64,000 nucleotides of DNA from positions 248,001-312,000 of the forward strand of contig NW_021833026.1 of assembly GCF_006345805.1 (NCBI RefSeq). The letters are read 5' to 3'. The notes beneath the pieces were generated by a model. The model searched no databases. It was not told where the DNA came from and worked only from the letters and a program-made list of their open reading frames with translations. The number at the start of each line of letters is the position of its first letter. Position 1 is the stretch's first letter. Shown here in pieces: positions 38,780-51,680 of this stretch. The translations under genes were made by a program, and so were the position numbers. Source of the DNA: Octopus sinensis. Its lineage: Eukaryota.

Positions 38780-39718
38780 TCTTCATTACTGGATTCCCAC
38801 TTCCCTGAATTAGGAAGTTCCTTTAAGTAAATTAGGAAATATACTCGTTTAATATTTCCTGGGCGTTCTAAAACTCTTAAAACAAGGCATTTTACTATGA
38901 TGGATCAGTCGTTTAATGACTCCGGAATTGGAGACATTAAAGGAGACACAACGAAATACACTCATTTTAATAAATGACTTTTATTTTAATTAATTTTAAA
39001 ATGTCAATTCCAATTAAAAAAGTAACTATATATGATAAAAATAATTTATTGATATCTTGTGAGTATTATTAGTTTGTTGTGTTATAATAGAGAGTTTCCT
39101 AATATTAATTCATGGACGCTTTATAGCATATTTTAAATATTTGAACTATTTTTAAAAATATACAAAATGCACTTTTAAGCTTTGGTTTAGACAAGTCAGC
39201 AACTCGAGACTACACGTGGAAATAATTTTCGTTATAGAAATTTGGTTACATTGACCGAAATTGTTTGTGGTTAATATTTGTCAGTTTAACCGCATTAGAA
39301 TAATCATGTTAATCGTTTATTAACGCACTTGAATATCAATTGGCCCAGATTCACGAATTAGCTGGGTTATTACTACAAGAATAATCGGTTATATAATCGC
39401 GTTTGTTTATAAGATTAGGCAGCTTGAGAGATTAACTAACGCAGGTTCGAGCATGCGTTTAATAAACAATTTTTATCGCCTGTTGCTTGGATTCCAATTC
39501 GATAATCGACTGTACTTAGTTCTGTATCGACCTCGCTCCCACAGGCTACTATTGATTTATATTTAATGATTATATTTGAGTTGTTTCCTCGCTATTTATT
39601 CTTAATTTGGCGTCGTCGTGACGCTGCGTTTTGCGCTTTAAATCAAACTTGCGCTTTTTCGTCAGTTTGTTGTTCGCGTGCTGCTTTATATTCCTGTAGT
39701 CTTTTTCAACTCGTTTTA

Positions 39719-42700
39719 ATGGCTCTTCCCAACCTACATAAACCTGAGGAATTCAGGTATTTATCATAGCTACGCCATTCCTTTCATTTTCTCTACTTTT
39801 GTTTGTAGATGTTCGAATGTGGACTGTGCCCGAGATTACACGCTCTGTCTCGACGGACTTGCCTTCTTAGACTCCCGTATGGTACTTTGACACCTCAATT
39901 ATAGCGTCGGCAATTAAGAGAGAATTGTCTATTCAATTCGAACAATACGGCCAGATTGATCGTCTCAGATTGTTCCTTGATGGCCCCAGTTGTTTGAAGT
40001 GTGTCGTATCATTTTATGGGTCATTGTTTTGCGTCTATTGATTTAGACGCGACGACGTTGACAATGTTTTGAGAAATTCAGACAAGATTAGACTGTTTGG
40101 ACAGCCCATTTCCTCCCGACCTTGTCCATCTGAAGGTATTTAATTACGCGACATTGATTTTACATTCGCGCAGTAATTAGCTCGTTAATTCATTTCCTAC
40201 CTGCATTTCCTAGATCTTAACAGAGTCGATGAGGTCAAAGATGCTGTGTGTGATGATCAAAGCGACGCTTCCCGCACTCTCTACATCAGCAATTTGTCCG
40301 ATTCGGCCACCAAGGACGACATTCGGACAGTTTTTGAGGAGTATGGGCATATCATTGTATGTGTACTTGGTCACGTTTAGAATGTTGATGCTGCCAGACT
40401 CCCACTCTTTGCCTTTGTCCAGTTCTATGACATTGCCTCAGTGGTCAGAGCAATCAATGCAGGGAGAAACAAAATCATTTTTGGGCGTCGACTGCGGGTT
40501 TTTTATCAGCATTAATGGGCTAGCTTAACTTTGGAAAGACGCTCAGGTGGAAGTCCCTGTGGATTAAAGTCAACCCCCTCAGTCACGCTAACTACAAGAA
40601 TGCTCAGACAATCTCTCTGGTGAAGCGATATTCCAGCCCGGATAAGTTCTATGTCGACACCACATACAATGAGATGCTCATTTTCTACCGCAGAACAGAC
40701 GATGCCGTGAGGGCCTTCAAGCAATTGAGGTCACGGAAGACCGATGATGGTTCTTATATAATGGTTTTCCTCTATTGTGATGTCGTAGTTGGACTATTCG
40801 AGTGATAAAATGGACGCCTATTTCTTCAATCGGAGCAATGACATTGACAGCATTTCATATTGGTCAGTTTTGTGGTTTAATTAATCAAGTTCTTCCTACA
40901 GCAGTTGTCCTCGCGTTTCATATAATGGAGTCCGCTCTGAGCGTGTGTCGTGTTCCACAAGCATTGATAGCAGTCCTATTAATCGTGTCGGTCCCTCACA
41001 CCTCGATGGTTTGTTTTTTATTTGACGCATGTAGGCGACACTAAACAAACAGTCAAAGAGCCTGAGGATTTGTTTGTCATCGATTCCTCCGAAAAGGTGG
41101 TTGACCTGAATGTAGTCGAACGGGCACGTGTTCTTATGGATAAATTACGTTCCCGTCGTCCAAAGTTCATTTCGAGGGCATGTGATGTACTCCCCGTTGC
41201 ATTGGTCAAGTCGTTGTATTCACGGGACAAATCTCCATCAGCAGATGTCCCAGCTGTGCATCAATCACAGATGCAACACTCCTCAGTCAGAGAAGATGAC
41301 GTCCCAGTTAAGAATCAGCTTCCTCCGATTGTCGGGGCTTGGAATATCCCCTCTCTCGTGTCTAAAACTGTTTCAGAAGTCATTCCCAGGACTGTAAAGA
41401 AAGAATCAGTCAACGTGTCAAAAAATTCAAAGGGGAGTAGTCGTCTCTCTGGAATTTCCACTGGTTCCGAGGCCCTCTCGGAGATACAAAGTCCTCAAAA
41501 TGTACGGAACACGGTTGTACTTCCCACTCTGAAGACGGAATCAACGAAAAGACCAATTTCGCAGATGGTTGAGGTGGAGGATGATTTGTTTACTCCTGAC
41601 AATATAAGCAGACCATCTGTTCAGAAGTCGAAGGAATTAAAGACGGACTGTGCAACGGGCACTCCGAAAGTGTCAAAACAGAATGAACTGAACTTGGGCG
41701 AGGGCAAGGACGGTCCTCAAAAAAAGAAGAGAAGAAAGCATTCTGTTATTTATATCGACAGTGAGGAGGACAATTCCTCCATTGGCGGGAAAAAGTCAGA
41801 GGTTATCGACGATTTTGGAATTTCAATGTACGACTCGATAAAAATCCGACGCTATTTGAGTGACCCCAACAATACTGATGCTTGTCTCCCTCAAATGCAG
41901 GCCCCACTGCGAAAACAGTCCAGTGTTCCTAAAAAATCTAAAAAACGCAAATTTTCTGAGAAGACGAAATTATCTTGCGTGGATGAGGAGAAAGTGACCC
42001 CACATAATGGAGACACACCATCTACTCCCTGGCGATTGGATCTGCTTTTGAATGGGTCGGGAGATGTCTCTTCGCCTCATGTCAAGTTGGAGAGTGAAAT
42101 TGATTGCCCACTTCCTGAGGAAGTATCGACGACTTTGGAAGAATGTCAATTATCAGTTCCTGTCATTCCAGAACGTGTTGATTCTTTTCCTTTTGTTGCT
42201 CCGTGTGCCAATATTCCTCCAAAAAAGAAGAAGAATGTCAAATCAAAACTTTCAACGGGGCTGTCTCGCGTAATCAAGAACAATGTCAAACTTCTTCGGA
42301 ATACGAAAATGACCACGATTCCCCCAGATATTCCAGTTTCGACACCTGCAGTGTCCCAGTCGTCATATCCCTCCAAAGAAACATTGGGTTGTTTTTATTT
42401 TAACATTTTAGATGATAACCAAGTGACTCCTGCTGTACACTCCTCCTCCGAGTCTACAATATCCGTGGTCCATGCGGAGGATGTGGCCTGTTCTCCGGTC
42501 ACTGAATCCGTGGATTATGTGGAGATTCCCCCGACGTCATCTCCAGTGGTTATCCCTGCTAGTTCGTGTCCTTCTGTGGTCACTACACCAAACAGGTGGG
42601 ATGTGCCTATTGTGATTGTTAGTGTGTCAACTGAGAGACCTCAGAGCAATCCAGTCCGATATTCCGAACCTGTCTATATCAGGCGGACAGTCAATCCGAT

Positions 42701-43650
42701 ATGTGTTGATGTTAGTGTGTTGTAATTTATTATCTAGTTCCCGCGTTATTCCTTCGCAAACCAGCCCTTCATATACCAGCCATCCCAACAGGTACTTCCT
42801 TCCTCTCATTGTAGGGAGTCGTTGACTACTCAACAAGACCGCCAGTCTTTTATCCCGTGCAGTATGTTCCGTGTGGACCGTTTTTACAAATGAATGATTA
42901 CCATCTAACAGTCCGGCCAGATGGGACATGTTTTGTGCCTATTTCCTCCGCTAATATGACCCCCGCAAATCGGATTCCTTCGACTCACTACATGACAATT
43001 CCGAGTGTGTATGCTCCACTCATTCGAACTATTCCCAATGTGGTTGACTCTCAACAAGCTCCTCGTTTCCATGTGGAGAATAACCCGAGGTCAGTCGTTC
43101 GCCCTCCACAGTCTGCCGGCCATAATATGTTTGAGGAAAAGGAGCGAGTTCCTCCGTTGAAGGGCAGTCTCAAAATGAAGAGTTCGACTGCGTCAGTGGA
43201 ATATATTTATTTGGCGGGAATTGACTCTTTTGGCTACTCCCTTTTGTCGGCACGTGACCTGACAGTACCCACTTATCAGATAAGCAAGCGAATGCATCTA
43301 GTCCAGCCTCAGTTTGATGAACTCGAGAAAAAATAAAAGTTTGTGGTTGATTTGTTATGGTTAGACTCCCAATTGGTGTGGATATGCCGTCGTCCCTCAA
43401 AAAGTGGGAGACAACGAACTATCTTCAGAAAGTCCCTCATAGACTACCTGTCAAGTAAACTGACAGCCGGGATTGTGATTTTGAACGCAGTTGAATTGGT
43501 TATGTTATTCGTTAGGGGAATTTGTCGGGAATTATGTACTTGATTCCCCCATGTGCCTTCAGTCGGGAGTTGCTTTCTCGTTGGACTGGGCCGGAGAGTG
43601 CCTACACCCTCTTGAAGAATTTGTTTGTTACCATTGTTAGTGAAAACTGA
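39719..43650 (+). CDS. SPEN: SPEN/SHARP-family protein (3 RRMs, long linker, SPOC)
   Basis: RTLYISNL...FAFVQFYDIASVVRAI...LNFGK; C-terminal KSLIDYLSSKLTAGIVIL...LIPPCAFS; apparent TAA at 43334 in an A-run. Confidence 0.8.
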
Positions 43651-43995
43651 CTTTTATACTCATCGCCTCGTTTTATCATCTGAGGAGTTTCATCTCTGAA
43701 AGAACTTTATATTTTATATTCCTGTGAATAAATTAAGCATTATTCTTTTTTATCATTTTTGGTGGGTTAAAGTTATTTGGCTATCAAATTACGAGCTGAT
43801 TTGAATTCCGACGTTTCTAACGTTATAAGTTACATTTCTTAGGTTGATTTGTCAATTAGGCTACTAGAGATATATTTCAGAAGGCAAAATGTGCACAGTA
43901 AAATCAGCTAATCTTCCGCATAGCAGAAACATCTAAGTGCCCAAACTACGCACGTGCCAGCCACCCAGTTTTTTAAGAGCAAGTTATTAATTCCA

Positions 43996-44099
43996 ACGAC
44001 TTTTTCAGCGAGTCTCGGTCGCTGTGCTCGGCGGAAACCATACGCAGCGCGAAGTCAAGGAGCCGACCCTTAGGCTCCTGACAGACATCTTTTAGTCGT
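43996..44099. ncRNA. Candidate structured RNA of unknown family
   Basis: GC-rich island with closing stem ACGACT/AGTCGT and internal stems CAGCGA/TCGCTG and GTCA-GGAGCC/GGCTCC-TGAC. Confidence 0.3.
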
Positions 44100-44320
44100 A
44101 GTTAGTTGATTTGCTTCCTTATTTTTTAATCATTATAAAGTTTAAAGTGTCCATTAATCCGAATTGAGTAATGAATTTTTCTTATGTTTGGAGTTTCTTT
44201 TATTGGAGTGAGGCCGTCGCAGACTTTCTGGAACTGCTTATTTTAAATAAAACATCAAAGTCAATTATGCAGAGATGACGATTGCAGTAAATAACTATTT
44301 CAATTAATTTATTTGAATTA

Positions 44321-45144
44321 ATGACAACGTTGGGTCTGATGCACTGTGTACAGAAATATTCCAATATGAATAAACTCTCTATATTATTCCTCGACATTCG
44401 ACATTTAAACAAAAAAGTAAAAAAGAATAAACCAGGTTTTGGACTGCCCCTAACCCAACAGTCCACCGAAGGTTATATATAGACCCAGAAACTATGCATA
44501 TTGTGGACTACACACAACTGCAAAACTCATTCGACCAGTGCATAGCCTCCCTTAAACGCAAATATTTTAAGCAACTCAGCCTCGGATACTCCCCAGGCAG
44601 TCTCTCAAAGTCATTTCAACAGGTCAATTCATCGACCTTCCGATTGCAGAGGAAAACAACGAGTCCATCAAATTGGGAGAAATCGCCCGAGTTTATATCA
44701 AATCCCCAAAACTCATTTCAATCGACTTTTCCGCTCCTCAGGTTGCACAAGTCTTAGCATTGGTCAGTATTTGAAAAAGTCTCTCTCCGCTCTGACTTCA
44801 GCGGGGTTCTCCATTAACCCACAAGAGCAGGAGGACCGAATATACATTCCCATCCCAAAGTAACAGTTTTCCACCACTTTAGACTGACGACGGCCAGACG
44901 ACTAGAATTGGCTCAATCTGCCAAGGCTTTGTTCGAGAAAGCCAAATTGGAGATGAGGACGTTGCGGAATGAGGGCATCGAAAAGGTCAATCAAACTGAC
45001 CATGAAAGTGAGGATTTGCTCAAGAGAGCACGAGACTGTGTTGGGCTCTTTCTATTATTTTAGATTCACTCTATGAACAAACACTACGAGGCAATTGGAA
45101 ACGACATTTACAAAGCAAAAGAACTCGAATTGACTGGAAAATGA
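44321..45144 (+). CDS. MRRF: Mitochondrial ribosome recycling factor
   Basis: Spliced: SPGS...LGEIARVYIKSPKLISID...AGFSINPQ...IYIPIPKLTTARRLELAQSAK...KAKELELTGK; start codon uncertain. Confidence 0.85.
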
Positions 45145-45866
45145 TTTTTTGTGTATTTTTTAAAATAAATTTAACTGAATTCGGCAACCATGATTTCTTA
45201 ACTTAGTTTATGTGTCTTATTTGACCAATTCAACCTCGAAACTAGTTCAGCCTATATTTTCAAACTTTATGCCATTCGTCTATCATATTTGTGGATTTTT
45301 CATTGGAGAAAACCTTTAAATCTGTCGTAGCTGATTTGCTCGAGTAATGGAAAATATTTTTCACTGATTTGGTCTCATTCTAATCTATCTTTCTACCAGG
45401 TCTATAGGCGTTTGAATTGATTAGTTTTGAATCTTTCAGTACACTAAAATACATTTTTCGAAATAAGATATGTTTGATAATTGAGAGAATTTTGGAGCGT
45501 TTAGTCTTTTTTAATGCGAAAAATGAGGCCTAATGTTCCCACAGTGTTAATATGATTATATGATGTAGATGAGCCTATTCACTGTTCGACAAAGCAAGGA
45601 ATGTCTTAAATAATTTCATTATTGATTAATATAGTTTAATTGAATTTATTCTGAGTTAAAAATGTGGTATTTTGGGCATAAAAATAAAATTGCGGTTTTT
45701 AATAAAAATAAGCCAAAATATTTCATTTTATCTTTGAAGGCTCTTGACTTTTTATTAAAAAAGTAAATGTGTTAAAAAATTTAATTTTATTATTTAATAT
45801 ATATGTTCGTTATTATTTGAATCTAAAATTTTGAATAAACTATTATCTAAATATTAAAAAACAATT

Positions 45867-46842
45867 ATGGAATGCAATGGTCAAAGTTAGTGCCATTCTA
45901 AATAATGTTAGACTGGAAACTAAGCGAATATCTCACAACTTTAGAATTCATCGAAAAAAAAATCAAAACCATTGAAATAAACAGTTTGTAGTAAACTACG
46001 TAAATTAGCCAATCTTCTCAAAAGCTATTGCGACACAAAACGACTGGACGTTGATGAAATAGACCAAATGTTAGAGTCAATAAACATTTTAGACTCGAAC
46101 TCCAAAAAACTAACAAACTGGACATCATGTCCACTCATAACAACATATGTCGACTCAAAGCCAATCTCTGCTATGCTCCTGCTAATGAAAGGGTAATTCC
46201 CACTCCATTTTTGCAGATTAAAAGAAGTAAAGAGATCTTTGACTTGGTTGAAAAGTTCGAAGTCCACATGCACAAATTCCAGTCTTCTCAAAAGAAAATG
46301 TCTCTCGGCCGAAGGTCACTGTTGAAACGGTCTCTCAAAAAGGCTACAATGAGTTCGACGACAAGCGTATTACAAACAAATTAAAAATTGGCAGGTTCAT
46401 GTGTTCGACTTGGAGTATTTTCACTTGTGGACCATTTAGGACTGAATTCGAAATCCTCGACATGGAGCCTCAGTCACAGAAGGATCATGACGTGATCATT
46501 CAGTTGGAGGTTGGTTGTTAGGATATTTTCAAAGAACGACGTTCGGGACATCAACGACATTTTTAATCAGCTTGATCGAATGGTAGAAACTCAGGCACCT
46601 CTCGTCGGTTGATTAATAAAATAATTTGGTAGACAGATTGGAGTCGGCCATACTCAATGACTGCTACAACAACGTCGAGGAAGGCGTCAACGCAGTGTAC
46701 ATGTCCAGACGTCACCGACAGGTCACTGTGCTGACATGATTTGTAGAAGAAGGTAAAAAGAGTGTGCTGCATTTCTGTCTTAGCGACTATTCTAGTTATT
46801 CTTTTAATTATATTTATTGTTCTCTTTAGTAAAAAACATTAA
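45867..46842 (+). pseudogene. Syntaxin (Qa-SNARE) paralog with nonsense codon
   Basis: Same exons as 51681-52652 but TGG>TGA at 46350-46352. Confidence 0.75.
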
Positions 46843-46873
46843 TTTGTTATAAAATTAAATCAATGGTCTAGGT

Positions 46874-48503
46874 CAGGGGTCACCAAACTTTTTGCACTCG
46901 CGGGCCGGATTGACCCCAACACAATGAACGCGGGCCGGAGCACGTGTATAGGATTATAATTTTACTAGAAATTCATAAGTGTGTTTTTTACAATAAAAAC
47001 TAATTTAAACAAAAATAAAGTAAACAAAAATTTTAATGAGAGTTATGGAACTGTGATCTTTTTTTGATAAGTTCATCAATATTTGGTTTTAAATTGCTGC
47101 ATCCTATCATGAGAATTGATTTTAAGTGTCCGTCAGTCAATCTTGCACGATGGGCAGACTTAACATATTTCATCCTCGAAAACGTTTGCTCACATTGGTA
47201 AGTTGTGCCAAATATAGAAATCATCTTTATCGCAAAAAATATCAATCTCACTTCGGAGTTTATAAAATCTATTTAATACATTACCACAGCTAAGCCATCT
47301 AACTGCAGTGTAATATGGTAAGTCAAAATATTCAGATCCAAAATCGTCAAGTAAAACTTTAAACTGACGGTGATTAAGTGAGCTCCCTCGAACAAAGTTT
47401 ATTATGCAAATAACTGGATTCAACACACATGAAATATTAAGAGCCTTCGCACATAGTGCGTGCTGATGAAGGATGCAATGAATGAACAAAGTGTTTGAAA
47501 TATGTAATTCCTCCAATTTATTAGTTATTTGCCCAACTAGACCCTTTTTAGAACCAGCCATATTCTTTGCCCCGTCAATCGTAACACAACTCAGTTTCTC
47601 ATATTCAAGGTTATAGTCACTTATAGTTTGTTCCAATTCATCAAAAATATCTTTTCCAGTGGTTGTTCCATGAATAGAACAAACAGATGCCAGTTCTTCA
47701 GTTATGGAAATACTCTCATCAACTCCACAAATAAAAATAAAAAGTTGCGATGTTCCCGAAATGTCAACTGACTCATCCAATGCAACAGAATAACACAACA
47801 TATTATTTGGCTTTTCACAATTTGTAAATATATATTTTTTCCAAGCTCTTCAGTTCTCCGTGATACAGAACTCGCCGACAAACTTATTCCATCAAATAAG
47901 GAAGAATTTAGTGGGCACAAACAATTAACTGCTTCAATAATGCAATTTTTGATATACATCCCATCACTAAAGGGTTTCCCGTGTTGTGAAATAATTTTCG
48001 TTATCTCGTATCCAGCTCTTGTTACATGTTCATTATTTTCAAAATTTTTTTTTATAAGGCCTTGTTGAATTTGTAAAGTGCGTTTCAGTGATTCAACTTT
48101 ATCCTCACGTAGCTTTCCAGTGTACTTGGAATATATCGGAGCATGATTCGTTTCATAATGACGTCGAATGTTATACTCCTTCATAACAGAGAGATGTTCG
48201 TGGCATATTAAACAATAAGCTTTCTGCTTTAATTCATCTTTCGCAAAAAAATACTTCAATTCCCATAATTTATTGAATACACGGCATTCGCGGTCAACCT
48301 TTCTTTTCATATTAGACATAGCAACAAAGAAAAATTTAACGTTAATGCTGATAAGTTTTTTTTCGAATTAAATCTTGCAAAATAGTTTAATTTTTTAATT
48401 AAAGTTTTTATTTAAGTTAATTATTAAGGTATTAATTGAATATCTCGAAATAGTGCGCGGGCCGGATAAAATGTTGTCGCGGGCCGTAGTTTGGTGACGT
48501 CTG
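46874..48503 (-). mobile_element. hAT transposon (SPIN/GTF2IRD2-like), frameshifted and internally deleted
   Basis: TIR CAG(GG/AC)GTCACCAAACT; 8-bp TSD GTCTAGGT; single-copy empty site at ~52676-52683; YSVALDES, AIDGAKNM-like and VRWLS motifs, GTTYQCEQTFS. Confidence 0.95.
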
Positions 48504-48885
48504 GTCTAGGTAATCGCGAAAAAAGAATAAAGCCACAGAATATATTCACAACAACGCAGTTATTAACACCCAAATAAAACCATTTTCTTATGTGTGCATG
48601 AATGTTGATCTCCTTTAAGTTCATCCAATAAAAAAGCCTCAGCAGTTTTTCTTATCGTTGAATACGAAACAGACATTGGAAATTTCTTTTGAGACACAAG
48701 TAAAAACAAAATTCATTTCGTTCCTCTTGTAATTAATCGTAGTGTTAATATTTTCTTATTTGAACTAGAATGTTGATGAAGAAACTCTTTTGAGTTTATC
48801 AAATATGACAGGCTCACGAGTCCCTCACATTTATTTCTCGTCGTTCAAGACCGCTTATCTACAAAATTTGATATTCGGAAATTCT

Positions 48886-50040
48886 TGAGGGCAGAAAAAA
48901 ATTCAGTCAATTTAAAATGTTTAGGAGAGAGAAAAAGAACAGATTTGAAAAATTTTCTCAATGACGAACGCGAAGATAAGTAGCAAAAAAGAAAGATATC
49001 CATGCACGAGCGGATACCAATATTACCAAATTGCAAAGGTAACATTGCACGAATAAGTTGGTCTCTGGAGAAGTCGACATTGAGTAATTTTTCGACTGAG
49101 TTCAAATAATAAAATCTAGGTCAGGCAACAGATCGGGTTTTCAGAAATGAACAAAGCGAGTAGGTAAGAAGAGGGACACAAATAGTTTTTAATAAGAAAT
49201 AGCCCCATATGTGCCCCGAGTTCAGAGAATCGTTCCAGAATCAGAACTAATTCATATTTCTTATCTCCAATAGCAGTTACAAACAGATCTTTCGGATCTG
49301 TCAATTACAGACCTACAACTTTCTCAGAAAGGGATTCGTTGATTTGAATCAATCAAAATTGGATATTTTTCTGAAGACATAAACTCCACATGCTGAAATT
49401 TGAATGTGAGGTCATTTTTTAGATTACTATTTATTTCAATTTTTCTTTTGGTGTGACTTTGTAACCAATTAAGTCGAGGAAAGTTTGCTCACAAGATTTT
49501 CAGACAATTTAACATAATCAAACAAGAAATGCGCCGCAATAGACTGATTGCCCACCCCTTTCCAAATAAATCCCCTTGCTGAACCCCATACGCTGAGATT
49601 AACAAATTCTCCCCAAATAAAAGATTCGGAGGACAACGGGCGTGAACAAATTCGAGGATATGATCCGTGCGAACACTGTTAAAAGTGTTGAGCACGTCCA
49701 GTTTAACAAGAAACTGGATGATCGAATTGCTTTTAGTGACTAATTCTTTGATCCCGTAGGCAGATTTTTTACAGGCACATCGGACACAAGCGCCAAACTG
49801 ACGTGGCAACAACTGAGAGCTCAAATCAGAAAGAAAATCGCTAAGAATGATTTTCGCAACAGGCCTCTTAAATGTGTTACCCAAAGCGATGATTTTGATG
49901 CCACCGTCGCTTTTATTTAGAACTGTCAAGCTTGCCGAGAACAGTAAATTAGTAGGATTCGCCGGTGGACGCGGCGCAAATAGCAAAAGGGAACCTAGGA
50001 ATATTTCTATATGTATTTTCTTATTACATCTCAGTTTCAT
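48886..50040 (-). pseudogene. Old degenerate CRE-like RT remnant (inverted paralog of 60560-62330)
   Basis: GGIKIIALGNTFKR, KLDVLNTFNSV, GVQQGD, LPLQFGNIGIRS. Confidence 0.8.
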
Positions 50041-50065
50041 CATTTCATTATCAATTTATTATTCT

Positions 50066-50549
50066 CGGCGGGATTTCCTTCGGTCCTCGAGCCATCGGGC
50101 CTCGACCGCGGCGACGGGAAACGTCCTGACGGGATGACCCTTTTCCCCTTCGAAGGCGGAAAAGGCCTCGTTTGGGACGCAACCTGCTGCGACACCTTTT
50201 CTGCTTCTCACTTAACTTCGTGTGCCCTGGAGGCCAAATCTGCAGCTAAGAAGGCTGAAGATTTAAAGCTTTTAAAATATTCTGCCCTCTCGGAGAAGTT
50301 TTCCGTGGTGCCGATCGCGGCTGAGACGTCGGGTGCTCTCGGTCCAAAAACTGAAAAGTTCCTTCGCAAGCTCGGAGCCAAAATCTCAATGCGCACCCAT
50401 GATCCTCGGGAGGCGAACTGGCTAATGCAACGGCTCTCGATTGCCATTATCCGGGGAAACAGTTTGGCAATCCGCCAGGCTACATATCCACCATAAACAT
50501 AATTCTATCTTTTCATTGATTATTATTGCAAAAAAAAAAAAAAAAAAAA
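50066..50549 (+). mobile_element. 5'-truncated CRE-like retroposon (RLE domain plus poly(A))
   Basis: LEPSGLDRGDGKRPDG...WDATC...AAET; 13-bp TSD AATTTATTATTCT (50053-50065, 50550-50562); empty site in the paralog near 60535-60550. Confidence 0.92.
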
Positions 50550-50581
50550 AATTTATTATTCTTAAAAATAAAATCTATTAC

Positions 50582-50852
50582 ATGTCTCTCAGGTTGTTCC
50601 GTTCAAGATCTCTCGTAACTCAGCTTATGTTCACCAGAAATGGTAAGTGGTGAGTTATCCACTACTCCAGCATGGCATAAGGATTGGAAACCAGCACCAT
50701 ATCCCAAGACACACCAAGAACGCCTGAAATCCGCAGAAAAGTACGGCCTATTACCTTAGGACTATCAACTCTATTCAGACGACGGAATGGGTCATGTAGA
50801 CTACCCAATGCTCCCGGCTGTGTCCTCCCCGGCTAAGGACCCCTACGAGGAC
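50582..50852 (+). pseudogene. NDUFB8: NDUFB8 pseudogene (nonsense codon, 3' deleted)
   Basis: CAG>TAG at 50757; truncated at 50852 by a deletion into the acid phosphatase copy. Confidence 0.88.
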
Positions 50853-51366
50853 GTTACCCCTTCCTGGAAACACACAACCTTAAAGTCCTCTCATCATATA
50901 TCCCCCGAACTATCTCCAGTGCCCTGGCCAACCTGGAAGGAATGTTCCTGGGGGTCCCAAGTGGTACAGTTCCTGTGGATGTAATCCCGTTGGAGGAGGA
51001 TTATCTACTGTTTTCACTGCATTGTAGACTACTTATTTCTCGGGGCACTGTCCGGCCTATTTCGCACTTTTGGAACGACTTTTCCCACTTTTTGTGGAAT
51101 TGGACAGTCAAAACAGGGTATTGGGCCTCATTTATGTCAAGGACTTCATATCTCGGATATCCACGTTGGCAGGGTACGACTACCTGCCCCTTCCTTTATT
51201 CAACTCAATGTATGGAAATATAGTCTGCGATGTATTGTTGTCCTCTATTTGTCCCAGAAGGCCGAAAACTTGTCTTTCCAAACATGGTTCACTCACTCGG
51301 TGGAAGACAGGATGAAAGTGCTGATGAACCAGTACCAGAAACTCAAATATGGGTGTGAGGCAATGC
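50853..51366 (+). pseudogene. Acid phosphatase pseudogene fragment
   Basis: Inverted paralog of ~57885-58397; lacks RHG motif; donor GT>CT at 51005. Confidence 0.85.
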
Positions 51367-51680
51367 TTCGATTTTATTCTTTAATTTGCCATTTCTCAAA
51401 TTTGGTAACAAAATTGAAGGAACCAAACATGGCCAATTTGAGAGGGTTGAGTGTAATTTCATTATTGATTAATATAGTTCAATTGAATTTATACTGAGTT
51501 AAAATTGCGGTTTGTAATAAAAATTAGCTAAAATATTTCATTTTATCTTTGAAGGCTCTTGACTTTTTATTAAAAAGTGAATGTGTTAAAAAATTTCATT
51601 TTATTATTTAATATATATGTTCGTTATTATTTGAATCTAAAATTTTGAATAAACTATTATCTAAATATTAAAAAACAATT

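Larger units (their letters stand above)
45613..48885 (+). repeat. Segmental duplicate block A (paralog of 51458-57225)
   Basis: Continuous high identity apart from different transposon insertions. Confidence 0.93.

Noticed and set aside
39757-40213. 52- and 78-nt introns as recursive multiples of 26 nt
   Set aside because: No AG|GT ratchet points at 26-nt steps.
43880-44100. Telomerase or RNase MRP RNA
   Set aside because: No CTAACCC-type template and no CR-I/CR-V motifs; only short chance matches.
46025-46772. Minus-strand ORFs 46025-46291 and 46563-46772 (and paralogs at 51835, 52361)
   Set aside because: Antisense to spliced syntaxin exons.
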